A stretch of DNA of 56,461 nucleotides. Origin: Mizuhopecten yessoensis (taxonomy: Eukaryota). Below the pieces are notes generated by a model. It saw only the letters and a list, made by a program, of their open reading frames with translations. It made no database searches and had not been told where the DNA came from. Both the position numbers and the translations under genes were made by a program. Below are positions 37,205 through 50,500 of the stretch, piece by piece (the stretch's first letter is position 1; the number at the start of each line of letters is the position of its first letter). Location of the stretch: contig NW_018403519.1 of the NCBI RefSeq assembly GCF_002113885.1, forward strand, positions 300,364-356,824, written 5' to 3'.

Positions 37205-37740
37205 AATGACACGATCCAGCTTCGCTTTGTTTAATACTGTGTCATAGATGTGCGAGAGTCTTTGAGTCCCCTTGTTTCGATTGATAACTGGCCCACTGCG
37301 GCGTATCCAGATGGCTTCCTTTATCTGACGCTTGAACAGATTGCTCTATCTCTCCAAAACATTGGAGTTATCCCAGTCAACCATATGATTTGTCTGGTGG
37401 CATGGTCTGTGATTTCCGAATTATTTATCTAGGACTCCGACTGCTTTCTTTCCGATTAGGGTGCTCAAAGACTCTCGCACATCTATGATCAAGTATTAAA
37501 CAAAGTATAACTGGATCGAGTCATTTCGGTACATATATAACAACCATTGTACATACGCTTACAGCGTGATTTTGTGGACAACTCGTACACAATTTACACA
37601 TTTGTGTGCATACGCTTCACTGGTCATTTGTCTGATATCGTACTAGTCATCGAAACGTCACATAGAAAATGTTATTGGTTGTGTAAAAAAAAGATTCTTT
37701 CATAATCCATACTTACCAACCTGCAGAAAATGTTTAGAAA
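37205..37740. mobile_element. Penelope-like fragment with inverted arms, paralog of 8680-9110
   Basis: Same GIY-YIG C-terminal sequence on the minus strand (about 37240-37410), an inverted copy of the ORF end on the plus strand (about 37464-37525), then the pseudo-LTR with a partly deleted hammerhead. Confidence 0.85.
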
Positions 37741-38601
37741 CCATCAGTCATCATGGTTGAGGGCTACGTGTACTTACAAAGGCGGCATACTGTATATTCA
37801 AATGTTATCGGATCTGACTACAGTACTAGACGTCACGAATGCGCTGCTATTTTCTTGAATGCAATTGTTATATTCTGTGAATGTTTATCATGGGAGGTGT
37901 TTATAATGCAAAACAAAGACAAAATAACGACATGTTTTTGTTTATTAGAGTTTACTATTGCCAGTGTTTAAGAGAGAACAAGAACATTATAGGACGTTCC
38001 AAATTACCGATAGTATACACAGTATATGTTCTACCAGTCTCTAGTAAAGTCCAGTTACGCCTCGTTCTACACTTAGTCTTTGAACTCCGCACACTGTAAA
38101 TAACACGGTATGTATATAAACACACACATCTGTATGTGAGGCCATATGTAAACAAGATATAGAAATCTAGACTACTACTGCAGCGTAGTGTGCATTGGGT
38201 ATCAAGGTAAGCATATTGGGACCAGTAGCATGCATTAGTTACCCAGACTTTAATTATAACAATTTTAAAGGCATTTGGCTAAGCATATATATAAGGATGT
38301 TTGTTTAAACTTTTTTCTTCTATTTTGATAATGACTTTTCGACTTTTTATTAATGTTTAATTATATATTAATTAACCTACTTGAAAGGTCTATAACCAAA
38401 TAACAGTTTGAGGCCTAAGATACTTTTAGCTTAACATATTGTGTTTGTCCGTTCTTTGTAAGTGTAAAAGCGGATATAAATATCCCATGTATCTATCCGA
38501 TGCGTACACAGACTGACGTACATGCATTTTCCTGTTTGCTCAACACTTCTTATATATCTGTTATAGGAACGGGGCATAATTTAATATTTTACAAACTCCT
38601 A

Positions 38602-39211
38602 ATGGATATTGCTCCTCCACCACCAATAGAACGATACCGGCATTTCAGGGACCCAGAATTACGAAAAAGAAGTTTTGGAAAATGGCAGAAATACACCGAG
38701 CCATTTATAAAGGCACTTGTTGACGATGGCTTCTTTAGTATAGATGAAGAGAAACGGAAAGTGCAGTGTGTTAACTGTGGTGGAGTTCTTTGTGGCGTTG
38801 AAGAAGGACAAAATATCCACATCACACACTATCGTCATTTTCCTAAATGTGACAGGTTTAAGTACAGAGAACCTGACTTTTTAAGTCTGTTCAAAAATCC
38901 TCTGGTTATCAGTGACGCGACAGTGGCGGACGGTGTGTTAGGAACCATTGATGTGGCGCCGTATATCACAGGGAACCACGGAGTTAGCGAGGGGTGCTAT
39001 TTAGATGGTAGGGTGGAGGACACGTCACATTCTGTTTACGTGCTAGGGAACACGAAATACCCGAAACACATCTATTATTCCATTTACATAGACAGATTGA
39101 GAACCTTCAGTAATTGGCCAGCTCATTTTAAACAGACACCGGATGACCTTGCTAGAGCTGGATTCTTTTATGCAGGTGAACATTCTTATCATAACATGTT
39201 TGTTTTCATAC

Positions 39212-39287
<76 letters not shown>

Positions 39288-39814
39288 ATTTGAATTCATA
39301 AGTGATGTAATTTAATGTCATAATTATGTGCAGGTTTGAACGTATTGATGTGAGATTTTGTGAAGGTATATTGATGTATTTGTAAAAGATATTTATGAAT
39401 GAAAAAAAACCCAGATACATCAAAAGTAATGCACATTCAAGACATCTATATGTATTAAGCAAACAGTTTGAATAATAAAGTAACAAGCTTATATAAGGCT
39501 TAAGCACATTTGTTAGAAAGTGTTAGATACAAAACAATAAGAATTCGTAACAACTATGAACTAATCAACCTATTTTACAATAACTTTTCTGAAATTTAGT
39601 CAGTCATACAACAAACAAACTGGATTTTTTTCATTTCTCTTTTTGTATCTTTGGTTCAGGTGTTGATGACTTGTGTGAATGTTACTGTTGTGGTGGTCAG
39701 CTGGATGGCTGGGAAGATGATGATGACCCTCAGCAAGAACATGACAGGTGGTTTTCTGACACATGTCCATTATACCAAGTAAGACAGAGGCGACCATCAG
39801 CTCAGGTCGGGTGA
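38602..39814 (+). CDS. IAP gene C3: short two-BIR protein, 242 aa
   Basis: Exons 38602-39175 and 39660-39814, same structure as C1 and C2. The intron is enlarged by an insertion. Confidence 0.88.
39213..39285. repeat. (ATG)n microsatellite in the C3 intron
   Basis: About 24 TGA/ATG triplets with one interruption. Borders an insertion of about 350 bp that is absent from C1 and C2. Confidence 0.95.
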
Positions 39815-42800
39815 CAAATGAAACCAATGTGGTGCGAAGTAACTATATCGTAGACTTCAGTTCCTGGTCGCTAAGGTTATGGAGGCACTGTTATACTCCG
39901 AGGGAAAACAAGGGTCGGTAAATTGCAGACAATTTGCTATTTGAGACAGCATTGAGATGTAGCTAGCTCTTGTGGTGTCAGATTAAAATATGAAAGACAC
40001 TGCCTTGAGAGATATCAATATATCTGATTGGGTGTACTGTTGGCTAACCATTTGGACGACACTGGTATAGCTATATGTGAGATGACGTTACGTTAAAACG
40101 GGGGAGACTTTGCTATGTAAGGCTAATGTTGTGTCCTTATCCACTTCAGGTGGGCCAACATGTGCAAGTTTGGGTTGGAATCGTAATGTCCATGTATAAC
40201 GTATTTTGAACGAAAAATGAATGAATTGACAAATGAATGTTTAAACGGTTTAAGATAGATCACAGATTATTTGAAGCAGTGGAATATGCAGTGTTATATG
40301 ATTACGTTATGTGGCTTGTACAAACAATATATACCCTCTTGAAACTCGTATGACGTTTTCGTGTTTTATTTATTATTTATTTTTTCAGTTTTAGTAAGAT
40401 GTATTTGCGTTCAGATGTCTGCTTTTGATTGAAAATGCCTATTAATACTTAAAAGCGTAGTGCAGAATCAAACATTGTATCTTGTAATAATTTTCGATTG
40501 ATAAGTTTCACTTATTTATCCAAGCAATACAGGGAACCACACGTATACATTTGCAGAATTGCATTGGTAAAGTCAATGAATATCACACAAAAACATATAT
40601 CAACTTCAGGAATGAACATGAATTAGTCTCAACTTCAACATAACCAAGTTATTCCAATTTTCTTCAGAGTGATAAGTATAAGTTAAATTGTTTATAAATA
40701 TGTGTTTTTATAACTGGTTAGTTAAATGGGACTAAATAATTCCCTTTAATCTAAAGATAATTATTTGTAACCACAGGACAAGGTTATTGTGTGGCAAAGA
40801 CTGCTTTTGCAAATACTCCGATTTCAGGTATTTGTTGTATGTATAGTGCCTTTTTAACATTAAAACCATGTCTGGTTTGGCCAAATCAAAGATTGGAACA
40901 TTTATCCCCAAAGCAGTAGCATAAACAATTGTTTTAGATAAACCGTTTAGATTTTATGCACAGCTTATATGAACACGTTTCTGAAAATGGAAGTAGAGCA
41001 TGCCATGAATATTTTGTATGACTTAGATTTAAAATTGCATTTAACAACACTTGAAATTGATTCCATTAGATATCCCACGGTCATCTGTCACTGTTAATTA
41101 TTTGCATAACCAGTAACTTCAATTTCTATTCATACGCAAGGTGGTGTTCCAAATAAAATTCACATTTCCTTCTCACAACTGAACACATGTTGATGTTTTG
41201 TGGGTTGTAAGAAAATAAAAGATATTTTTTTTTTCAGTTTTGATTTTCTTTGCACGTACTTTAAAATGTTCACTTCCATCTGTCTGTGGATGTCAATAAA
41301 ATAACAATATCAACAATAATATGTTGATTGAAAAAAACGTCTTTATTCAACATACTTGGATTACTGATCATACATGTATTGAACATTATATATAAATGTG
41401 TCATTGAATAGTATATTGATTTCAAAGACTGATGAGAAAACAAATCTAAATAGTTGTGTGCATTACATGGAAGTAGGTTAACATAAAAAAATATGTTAGA
41501 AGTTAATAAAGGTCTTCATGTATACGGTATGTAAATGTGCCGAGGTTATAACAGTTAATTACTTCTTTTTTAAAGACAGTAATTATCAGTAAATCTCTAA
41601 TCATGTACATAGGATAAACCGCTCTAACGTTTCATTTGCTATATTTCTGTGTATTTGTTTTTACTTTTCCGAAGTATATAACAGAATAGTTATCATATCT
41701 AATTTGCTTTTAGTTTTCACAGCCTTTCAAGAGGCCACATTTGAGTTATATTACTTGTGATCTACAGCAGAACATGCCTGCTTTTATAGTAATCCACGCA
41801 ATAGGTCAATGTACCTGCTTCAACGGTGACAAGTAAACCTGTACACCCCTGCAAGTGCGATCTGGCTTATTGCCAAGTCGTACTATGTGTGTACCTATGC
41901 AGTCGGCAATTTTGAGTAAACACATTACATTTAGTTTAAAATTAACACTATACAAACCTGTTTGTCGATATCATGTTTACATTTAAAGTGTGGCACTCGA
42001 AATTTAAAGTATTCATGTCACAATTTAGATCACCAAAAGTAAACATGTATTATATAATAGTTACATTTGAAAAGTTTTGAAGTATCATTGATGTACAGTT
42101 TTTAGTCAGCCTCGAAGCCTAAATAAGACACAAAGCGCTCCCTCCTATGAAGCATTACTTACTAATTTAAACTAGAACATATATGTATGTATACCAGTTC
42201 AGAAATTGTAATGTATATCGATCAACTGGAACGAGGAAAGGAAACAAAAGCAGAAACCATATGTGCAATGCAAAGTATCCGTATGAAATATTGCTGCCTA
42301 CTCTAACAAATAAGACAGACTTGAGCACAGACAGCTGTCGCTTTAAAACAATACACTTTACTAAATGCAGCAAATGTATGCATATTTTGATAAGGGCGTT
42401 CATTGTTTCGAGTTTTTGTACAGAAAATGAGACCAAAATTTATCTTCTCTTTTTGTTGCGAATTTCGAATTTGAAAAATATTGAACAAAATGCGACAAAA
42501 ATGCACTGAATACTTATATATTATGCATCGACCTCGGTCCCGTGAAATAGACCGATGTGATAGTATGTGTTAACTGAAGCCAATGTTACACGAACACATT
42601 TCAATATAAGGAATAAATAAAATCATATACATTATACACAAGGTACATGTAAGGGTACCATAGTCACATAAAGATAGAATCTATATATACTCATGCATGA
42701 TTCGCCGATGACGTAGAGTATATNATGGATCTATGATTGAAGATAAAAATTAATACCATGGCATAGCTGTGGTAAATGAACCTGGTTTGATCACAAGACT

Positions 42801-44004
42801 AGCTCTTTGACGATTTTCAAAGCAAATATATCATTTGTCTAGATGTTTTAAAAATGGTCAGTTTTGAATACATTGAACAAATCAAATAGCTCATCCGAAT
42901 CCTTCGGCTTTGTCATGCGAAAATCGAAGGTTGCAGAGTAAATACGTTTACCGAAAGCGCACATTTTGGATTTCGAAAGTTGTAATCTTTAATCCACACA
43001 CCACATACCTGTAAGTATTGTTCGCTATCTTCACTGAAGGTAGCGACAGTATTGTCGGGATGGAATTGTGCCGCAAACTGCAACACTGGCAAAATGCGGG
43101 TCAAAGTACGGCGAAATGTGACGTAACTTATTTCAAGCACTATGGAAGTTTAAGGGAGGTATTTTAGGCCAAAAGTGCTTAATAAGTAGCATATTTTTCT
43201 TGACAAAACACTGGAGTTCGGTATTTTGATGTACAGGGTGCATATTTCGAAAAATTCCCGGAAATAGGAACGTTTCCGGTGTCTCTATTGTAGCATCATA
43301 AAATTGTCTTCACCGTTGACTTTAACTTGTCCACACGTTTCTAACTTCATGTATATACTGTTACGATTCGTCCTCAATACGATTATTTTATGAAAATAAG
43401 AAGGCCAACGCTAAAACCATAGAAGGTTGCGCGTGTATGAAATACACGCGTGGTCATATCACCGGTATGTAACGACACGGTTTTGATGAATGATTTTAAA
43501 GATGACATATGGACCTAACATCAATAACCCGCGTTTATTCGCTAACACCTGTTTAACTGTCCAATATTTTGTAAAACAGTTGAAATAATAAACTTTCCCT
43601 ACTAAATATCTAAAAGTTATTACACGTCTGAATATCACATCATGTTGATCAAGTCGTTAATTGTATCTATATTACAATACATAAATAGAACGTTTAGATG
43701 GTTTTACATTAGACTAACACCTTCATAGCTAGAACAATAATAGCTGGTGTCCTAACCTATTACAGAACACGCCGAAAAAAACACATGACCTAAACACCTA
43801 ATCCCCAAAAACCGAAAGAAATATTCTAAACATTATCGTTATTACTTCTTTACCAATACATATACATAATATATATATGAGGTTAAACATGTTCTGAACA
43901 GTCCACTCCTTTTCCGATAAACAGCTGTTAAACATAAGCGAGGTGATCAGCCAATGAGGCAGATATTAAAACTACTGATAGTTCGCAAATACACTGAAGT
44001 TCGG

Positions 44005-47000
44005 TTAGGATACAATAGCCTTTACAGTTCCTCTAATAAAAGTCCGACATATTGGACACTTCCTCAAGGCTGAAGCACACATCGGACAAGTGACCAGGTG
44101 ACCACACGGAAGGAACACGATACTAGCTTCCTCGTCAAGACACACCTTGCATGTCTTCCTGTCTCGCAATTCTTGGTTTTCCTCTTGAAGCTGAACTACA
44201 TCTGTGGCAATAAAACCAAAACGAATTTCTTTGGTAAATGTTTACATCAAATAAACAGGAATCATGAATTTGCTATGAATAATCGATTCTGTCAATAAGG
44301 TTGTGTATCGAAATAAACATATTTGAAGTCTTTGTTCAGATATCTGACACGAGTTGCTCCTGACAACGAGAGATGAACCCACGTCTTATTAGCACACTGT
44401 AAAACAATCGTACGTTATATAAACAAATTTTACAAGAACTTTTTAACGAGTTTTTCAAATCCTATAAATCACAGTTATTGGTCCGGATTGAAGCACAAAA
44501 GGGGGTCTTAACGTGAGAGGAAACTTAAGTACCCACATTAAACTCACTTGGTTTGATACGTGACTAAAACGTGTATCTGTCGAAACAGTGAATCAAAATC
44601 AGGCCGTTTTGGTAAAAACAACGTGTGCGCTATCCATTTTTAAAACATGATACATTTTACTATTTTTAATACGAAGGATATTCTTTCACATATTTTGTAA
44701 TCAACAAGCACGTTTGAAATAAATGTGTATTGTTTTCGGATACTCACCCTCTACTCTGCTTTCTCCGAAAGACACACCGTTGTCTCTGTTTTTATCATCA
44801 ACTTCTCCGTGTAACACGTCAGGCACATTTTCATTTGCCCTACTGCCATGCTCTTCATCGGAGACAACCCCGTCATTTTCCACTATCTCCCAAACAAGAG
44901 ACAGTAGTATTTCAGCACTCAGTGTCTTACCTGGTGAGGATATAAGAGGAATCAGTCTCTGTACGTCTATGACATGTAACACGTACGTATTATAAGAAAA
45001 CTATTCCCCTAAGATACTGCTCTATATTAGCCAATCTGAGGTCATAATGTGATGACAGTGTCCATTCATTAATTAAGGATTATTAAATTTCATTTTGTTT
45101 TCCAGAACTAAAATATACAATTTAGACGTTTTATTAGAACACTAGTGGTATAAGTTTTGTTTTAAGGCCAGACTTCTCAGACTAACTGCCGGATTGCATG
45201 CACACTAAGCAATAATAATAATATAAGCTTACGTTGCTCATATCAAAATAACCTTAACACTTAGTGTCAGCAGATATCAGGTAGGTGTTGGAATATTCCG
45301 CAATTATTGTACGGTTCTCAGTCTATGAAATAAGTAGCACCCCTTTTACATAAATTCTGAAATAAACATCCCCGTCAGTCGTGTAACTGTTTGACATAAT
45401 GATAATTGCGAGAAAACTTACCTTGTCGTTTGCTGAATAATTTGATGGCCTTCGCTATGGTTTCTTCGTTGTAACCCATTTCCATTACACTAAGGACAGC
45501 TGGATCATCGAACGAATATTTCGTTTTCGGTGCTTCGGGTTTTTGCGATTGTTCCTGTCGAATTTTTGATGAAATTTTAAGTGTTTGCTATGTTGCTATG
45601 TTATGAAGAATATAACAAACATATCCAATTGTAGTGAATTACTCTCATATCGGTAAGAAAAATTTACCAAGGAAGCAACTATTTATAAATAACTAAAACG
45701 ATGATGAAAACCAATCAAAGTAAATACTTTACTCACTATACGCTACTTCACTCACTATACGCTCATATATATAAATATGAAGACAATTACACAAATATAT
45801 ATTTTGTATACTGAAGAAAATGTGTCTTTAAGAGCTGCCAATAAGGATTTAGACAGTGTAATTGTAATTGTCCAGATCTTATAGCTACCTGGGGTGCTGC
45901 TTTGATTGTTCCTGCTTGAACCGCCATAATGAACTGGTCATCCTTTATCAGTCTCATAAACTCACAGAACGGAAACCACCTGGCATGCTCAATAAAGGGG
46001 TCGTCTTCTGGTTCCCATTCACGTAGACCTCCTGCGCAGTAGAAACATCTTACGTAGTCGCTGGTACCTATACATAAAGTATTGCGATAGTAATAAACAA
46101 AGACGATAAGAAAATGTTTGAAAATGACATAACGTTGTTGAGGATAATAATACTATACAGTATTTGATATAGCGCCTTATCTAGCTAACATAAGCCACCC
46201 TAAAGCGCTGTACAGTACATAGATATACAATTAATACAATTAGTATATATACATTTAATCAATACAATCTTTTAGGAATTCGCAGGAGCTGCCTTATTAG
46301 GCGCTAACTACTGTCCTAAGCCACGTGACTAATATCTCTCTATGTGTGTATGCCTGCGTGTGTGCTGGAGTTTTAATGTGTTCTGTTTGTAGTGGTGCCG
46401 TGCTTCCAACGGCATCATTTATAGTGCCATCTCACTTGAATGCTACTGCACAGATACCGCAACATCCACCCCAGACCAATCTATACTCCACATGGGATAC
46501 TCCACAGGGGGAAAACACTTTCTCTGAATATCCATGCGTACGACGACCTCTGGGATCGAACCCCGGCCGCCGGCGTGGAAGGCCGGATTGTTAACCACTC
46601 CACCAATCCGCCCATTGAACGAATACTTAACGTTCAATATTTTCTTTGTTGCAATCACGAAATACAAAATATTCACATGTTTGCTTACCTTCATAAAAGA
46701 GTCCAGCTTTTGCTAGTTCCTCCGGTTTTTGCCTTAGATGTGTTGGCCAATTTTTATATGATGTAAACCGTACGGCAAGTACTGCAAACTGTGGATAGCG
46801 CGGGTTGACTGCGTTCAGCGCTTGCGATGCTTGAGAGGAAATGTCATGATTGGTTTCCAGATTATTAACAGGAGCATGACCTGTCCTTATAGTATTAGGA
46901 ATGTCCTCTCCGGATCTATGGATCTCAGGTTCCAGTGAGTCGGTTTCCGGTCGATTCGTGTGCACAAGAGGTTGTGCACTATGCCCTCCTGTTAAACGAT

Positions 47001-47574
47001 CAGGTATGTTTTGGCTCAACGCGTCGAATTCTGCAACGGAATGTTCATTGGTCAGGGTTTGACTCGTAGATGAAGTAATAGTATCTGATGATGGTGTCAG
47101 ATTAGAGTCAATCACTTTGTGCGGAAAATTAGCATTTCTCGTTGCGAACAAAGAATCGTCAGTTTCCCGGTAACTTACAGTTGATGACTGTTGGCCAGAA
47201 ACAGTCTTGTCTTGTTTTATTAACCCTTTTGTTTTGTTCATAGCACCATCCAATGGTCCGCCGATGGCACCACCGTTGCATTCTATTTTCTCCTGTGGAC
47301 TTACATCACCAACAGAAAAGTTACAGTGACTGCCATTACACACTTCGTCATTTGCCTTTAACACAAATGTGCAATTAGGAGACATCGTAATGTGGATAGC
47401 CATTGGATTGTCCTGTCTCTGCCACCCACTATATCTCAACAGACAACGATGACAAGCAACCTCGTCTTTATTTCCAGTATAATGAAAACCTGACTCGGCC
47501 AGAGAAGTTGTTGAAACAGGTGATGTGAACGGGAAGGAAAAGAACGTGGCAAGTCTAGACAAGTAGTTATCCAT
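44005..47574 (-). CDS. IAP gene B2: BIR-BIR-UBA-RING protein, 525 aa, paralog of B1
   Basis: Exons 47574-46689, 46067-45889, 45554-45422, 44930-44748 and 44201-44005. Exon lengths (886/179/133/183/197) and motifs match B1. Confidence 0.93.
46270..46613 (-). mobile_element. tRNA-derived SINE in a B2 intron (same insertion as in B1)
   Basis: Near-identical to 25220-25577 at the equivalent intron position. Confidence 0.75.
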
Positions 47575-50500
47575 GTCTGATCACTATCTCACATAATGCC
47601 TTTGCTGTTAGTAGGATCACTCTGAATCTGAAAGTGAAGGAAATAAGTAATAAGTGATTCTGCAAGTCACAACAAGTAAAAGGTTTTATAATGATGATTG
47701 AAGAGTATTTATTTTTGTTATGATTTAAGACTTGTGAAATGCTTTAAGGTGTACATTTGTTTATGATATTTCGATGACTTAATTTTACATATTCGTGTGA
47801 TATGAAAGAAGGATCATTGTCAAACTTCAGACAAAATACTATTTGAACTCCACTTTGATTTTGTATATACAGCGACATCCAATTCATTTTGTTTCTGATG
47901 TAGCGCAATTTGACCACGAAACGTCCGTTGTTATGGTAGCTAAGTTCAGAGGCAGTGTGACAATCTGAGGTCCAGGGTTCCAACCCTGCTCTGGCTTTGC
48001 TGAAATTTTACACAAAAAATACTGCGTTGATGAGATTTTGTTATATCATCTTTATTTCTATTTTTCATAAAAGTCACGCAAGTTATGGTTTCTTTTTCAG
48101 AATTGTTTCATTAAAGATAAAGTTATGTCAAAATGAAAAAGTTTTGTTTTACAGTTTTCAGTGCAATTATCCTTTAGGCCTTTGTGTGACATGGACATGA
48201 AAATGTGTCCCTGTATTAACAAAAACATGCAGGGCACGTTTAATTGATCCACTTTATCTTACCTTGTCTCTTTCAAAGTAGCGACATGGCAACAGATTGT
48301 ACATAAAATCACAAATGACATCGTGTTTGTGAAGGCACAAATCATATGCGGACTTTCGCCGTCCAGTCATTTTCTAAAATATTTTGTCGCCGACTGATTC
48401 TGTAAAGAAAAACAAAACTCATTACAGCATAAGGGATCTCAAATAAACTCTCGGCACAAAACTTACTAAAGTTAGTGATTACTCTGTTCAACAAAGTGTA
48501 TTGGTACAATGCATCATTTAATTACTTGGACAGAAACTGAGGATGGCAATGTAATTTGGCATAATGTCAACAGAATTCGCTACAAAGAGAAATAATTAAT
48601 CACTCAAACATCAGCATATCAATCATAAATGTGTATATAACTGAGGAATACAACACCATAATAAATGCGTGTATCTATTTATACATTCTTAATGTATTTA
48701 AGCATTGAACTGTTTTTGTATGGTATTTATGATCTATTTGAATGACACAGCTTTGCTAGCAAACAACATAATGCGCGCGATATTTACGTTTTCTCTGCCT
48801 TTCATGTTCTTTTTAACTTACACTTTATATTTAAAATTTAAACTTCCCGCCTTATCGACAGTCCACACAAATTCGTTCAATATTTGGAACAGCGTGTTGT
48901 CGCGTGCTTATTGGCAAACAAAGTAATACTTTGAAATTTTAACAAACTCTTCAATTTCATTCCATATTTCATTGACAATACAATTGCGTATGATATGTCT
49001 ATATGGTGATTTAAGTTTATCAATAGAAATCTGAGCTGAAAGTTAGATTTGAAATTGTTTCGAATTTTTTTCCCCGGAACAAATTTTGCGCATGGATAAA
49101 TACAGTGAACACCGTGAATCCGACCCTGTCCTCCACGAGGGAGTTATTTTTGGAAGTTAGATGAGCAGAGAGAAAAGACAAAGTTCGAATTTGTGAAGAA
49201 TCCAGGCGTGAATTTATTTGTTGATTGTATAGGAATCTGACTACAGTCGGTAGATTCTACAACAGCAGAATACATATACAAGTAATTCATCGACTATAGT
49301 GTAAATCATACATACGTTCTATGCTGCGTAAGGTATCCAAGCTTGACTGCAGTAAAACACTGTTTACAAACCACTTTGTAGATATTCTAACCGGAAATAC
49401 CCACTAGCTCTATTTATAGATCCGAGTCATTTGTTTACAGTCATGTAGCTGACAATGTCAGGGTTATATATGACACATTGAAGTTATGTACGATGTTGAT
49501 GAAATGCATTTATTGAGATAAACAAACCACTTAGGGTACGTGATATTTATCAGGTTTACTCATCTATTCGTTAACTGTTAGTTATTTGTCTGTCAGGTCC
49601 GTGAGGTACAAGGGCATGGGGACTGCACCAGAATGTTCGGTATTGTTGGTTTCTATGATGTGGCTGTTTAATATATCATAATGATTGAATTTGTAAGGGT
49701 TATTGTATTGTTACAGTGACATGCCTAATTTGTTTATCGATGACTATATATCAGACTTCTCGTTGAGAACACTCACCGCTGTAGGATGCATGTATGTACA
49801 TATTATACGGGCATGATTTCAACGGATACTATCGATAGCAAAGCAGATAAACTTTTTTTACTGCAGTCAACCTTGGACACGTTACACAGAGCAGAACGTA
49901 TACATGATATAGACTATAGAAGATGATATACCTGTATACATTAAGAATTTATAAATATATACATGCATTGTTTTTAACTTAGTGCATTTTATTTAGCTAA
50001 TCCATATTTTATTTCTTGTAGCTAGGCTTATGTTAATTGTGCATGCTGTTTTTGTTTGTTTTAAGTTATACCTATGTTTGTCTCAGAAATAACTCTACCG
50101 AGCTAATGTTTGTATGTTTATGGTATGCGACGGTAAGTAGATGTTCTTGTATCTTGTATCTTAATTTCAAACGTACGTTCTATTTATACACAACCTTTCT
50201 GCTATAGTTTATCCTCAGAATATAGAACGTTAATGTAGAGAATAACCCACTGTTTAGTAGTCCGGTTTACATTTATATTATAAAATACTTAATCTTCTGC
50301 ATTCTGTTGCAATCAATACGTGGGAAATATCCAGTCGCTAATTACACATAGAGTAGCTATTTGTTTAAACACGGCACATTCATTGTTTGTTAGTTCATAC
50401 GTTAAACTTTGAAATGTGTTGAGATACGATACAGATAATCATGATTTGATATATGTAGATTGTGGAATACAAACTAACACGACTGATAATTGTTAATATG

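Noticed and set aside
39043-39507. Poly-His and poly-Met proteins
   Set aside because: Translations of an intronic (ATG)n microsatellite.
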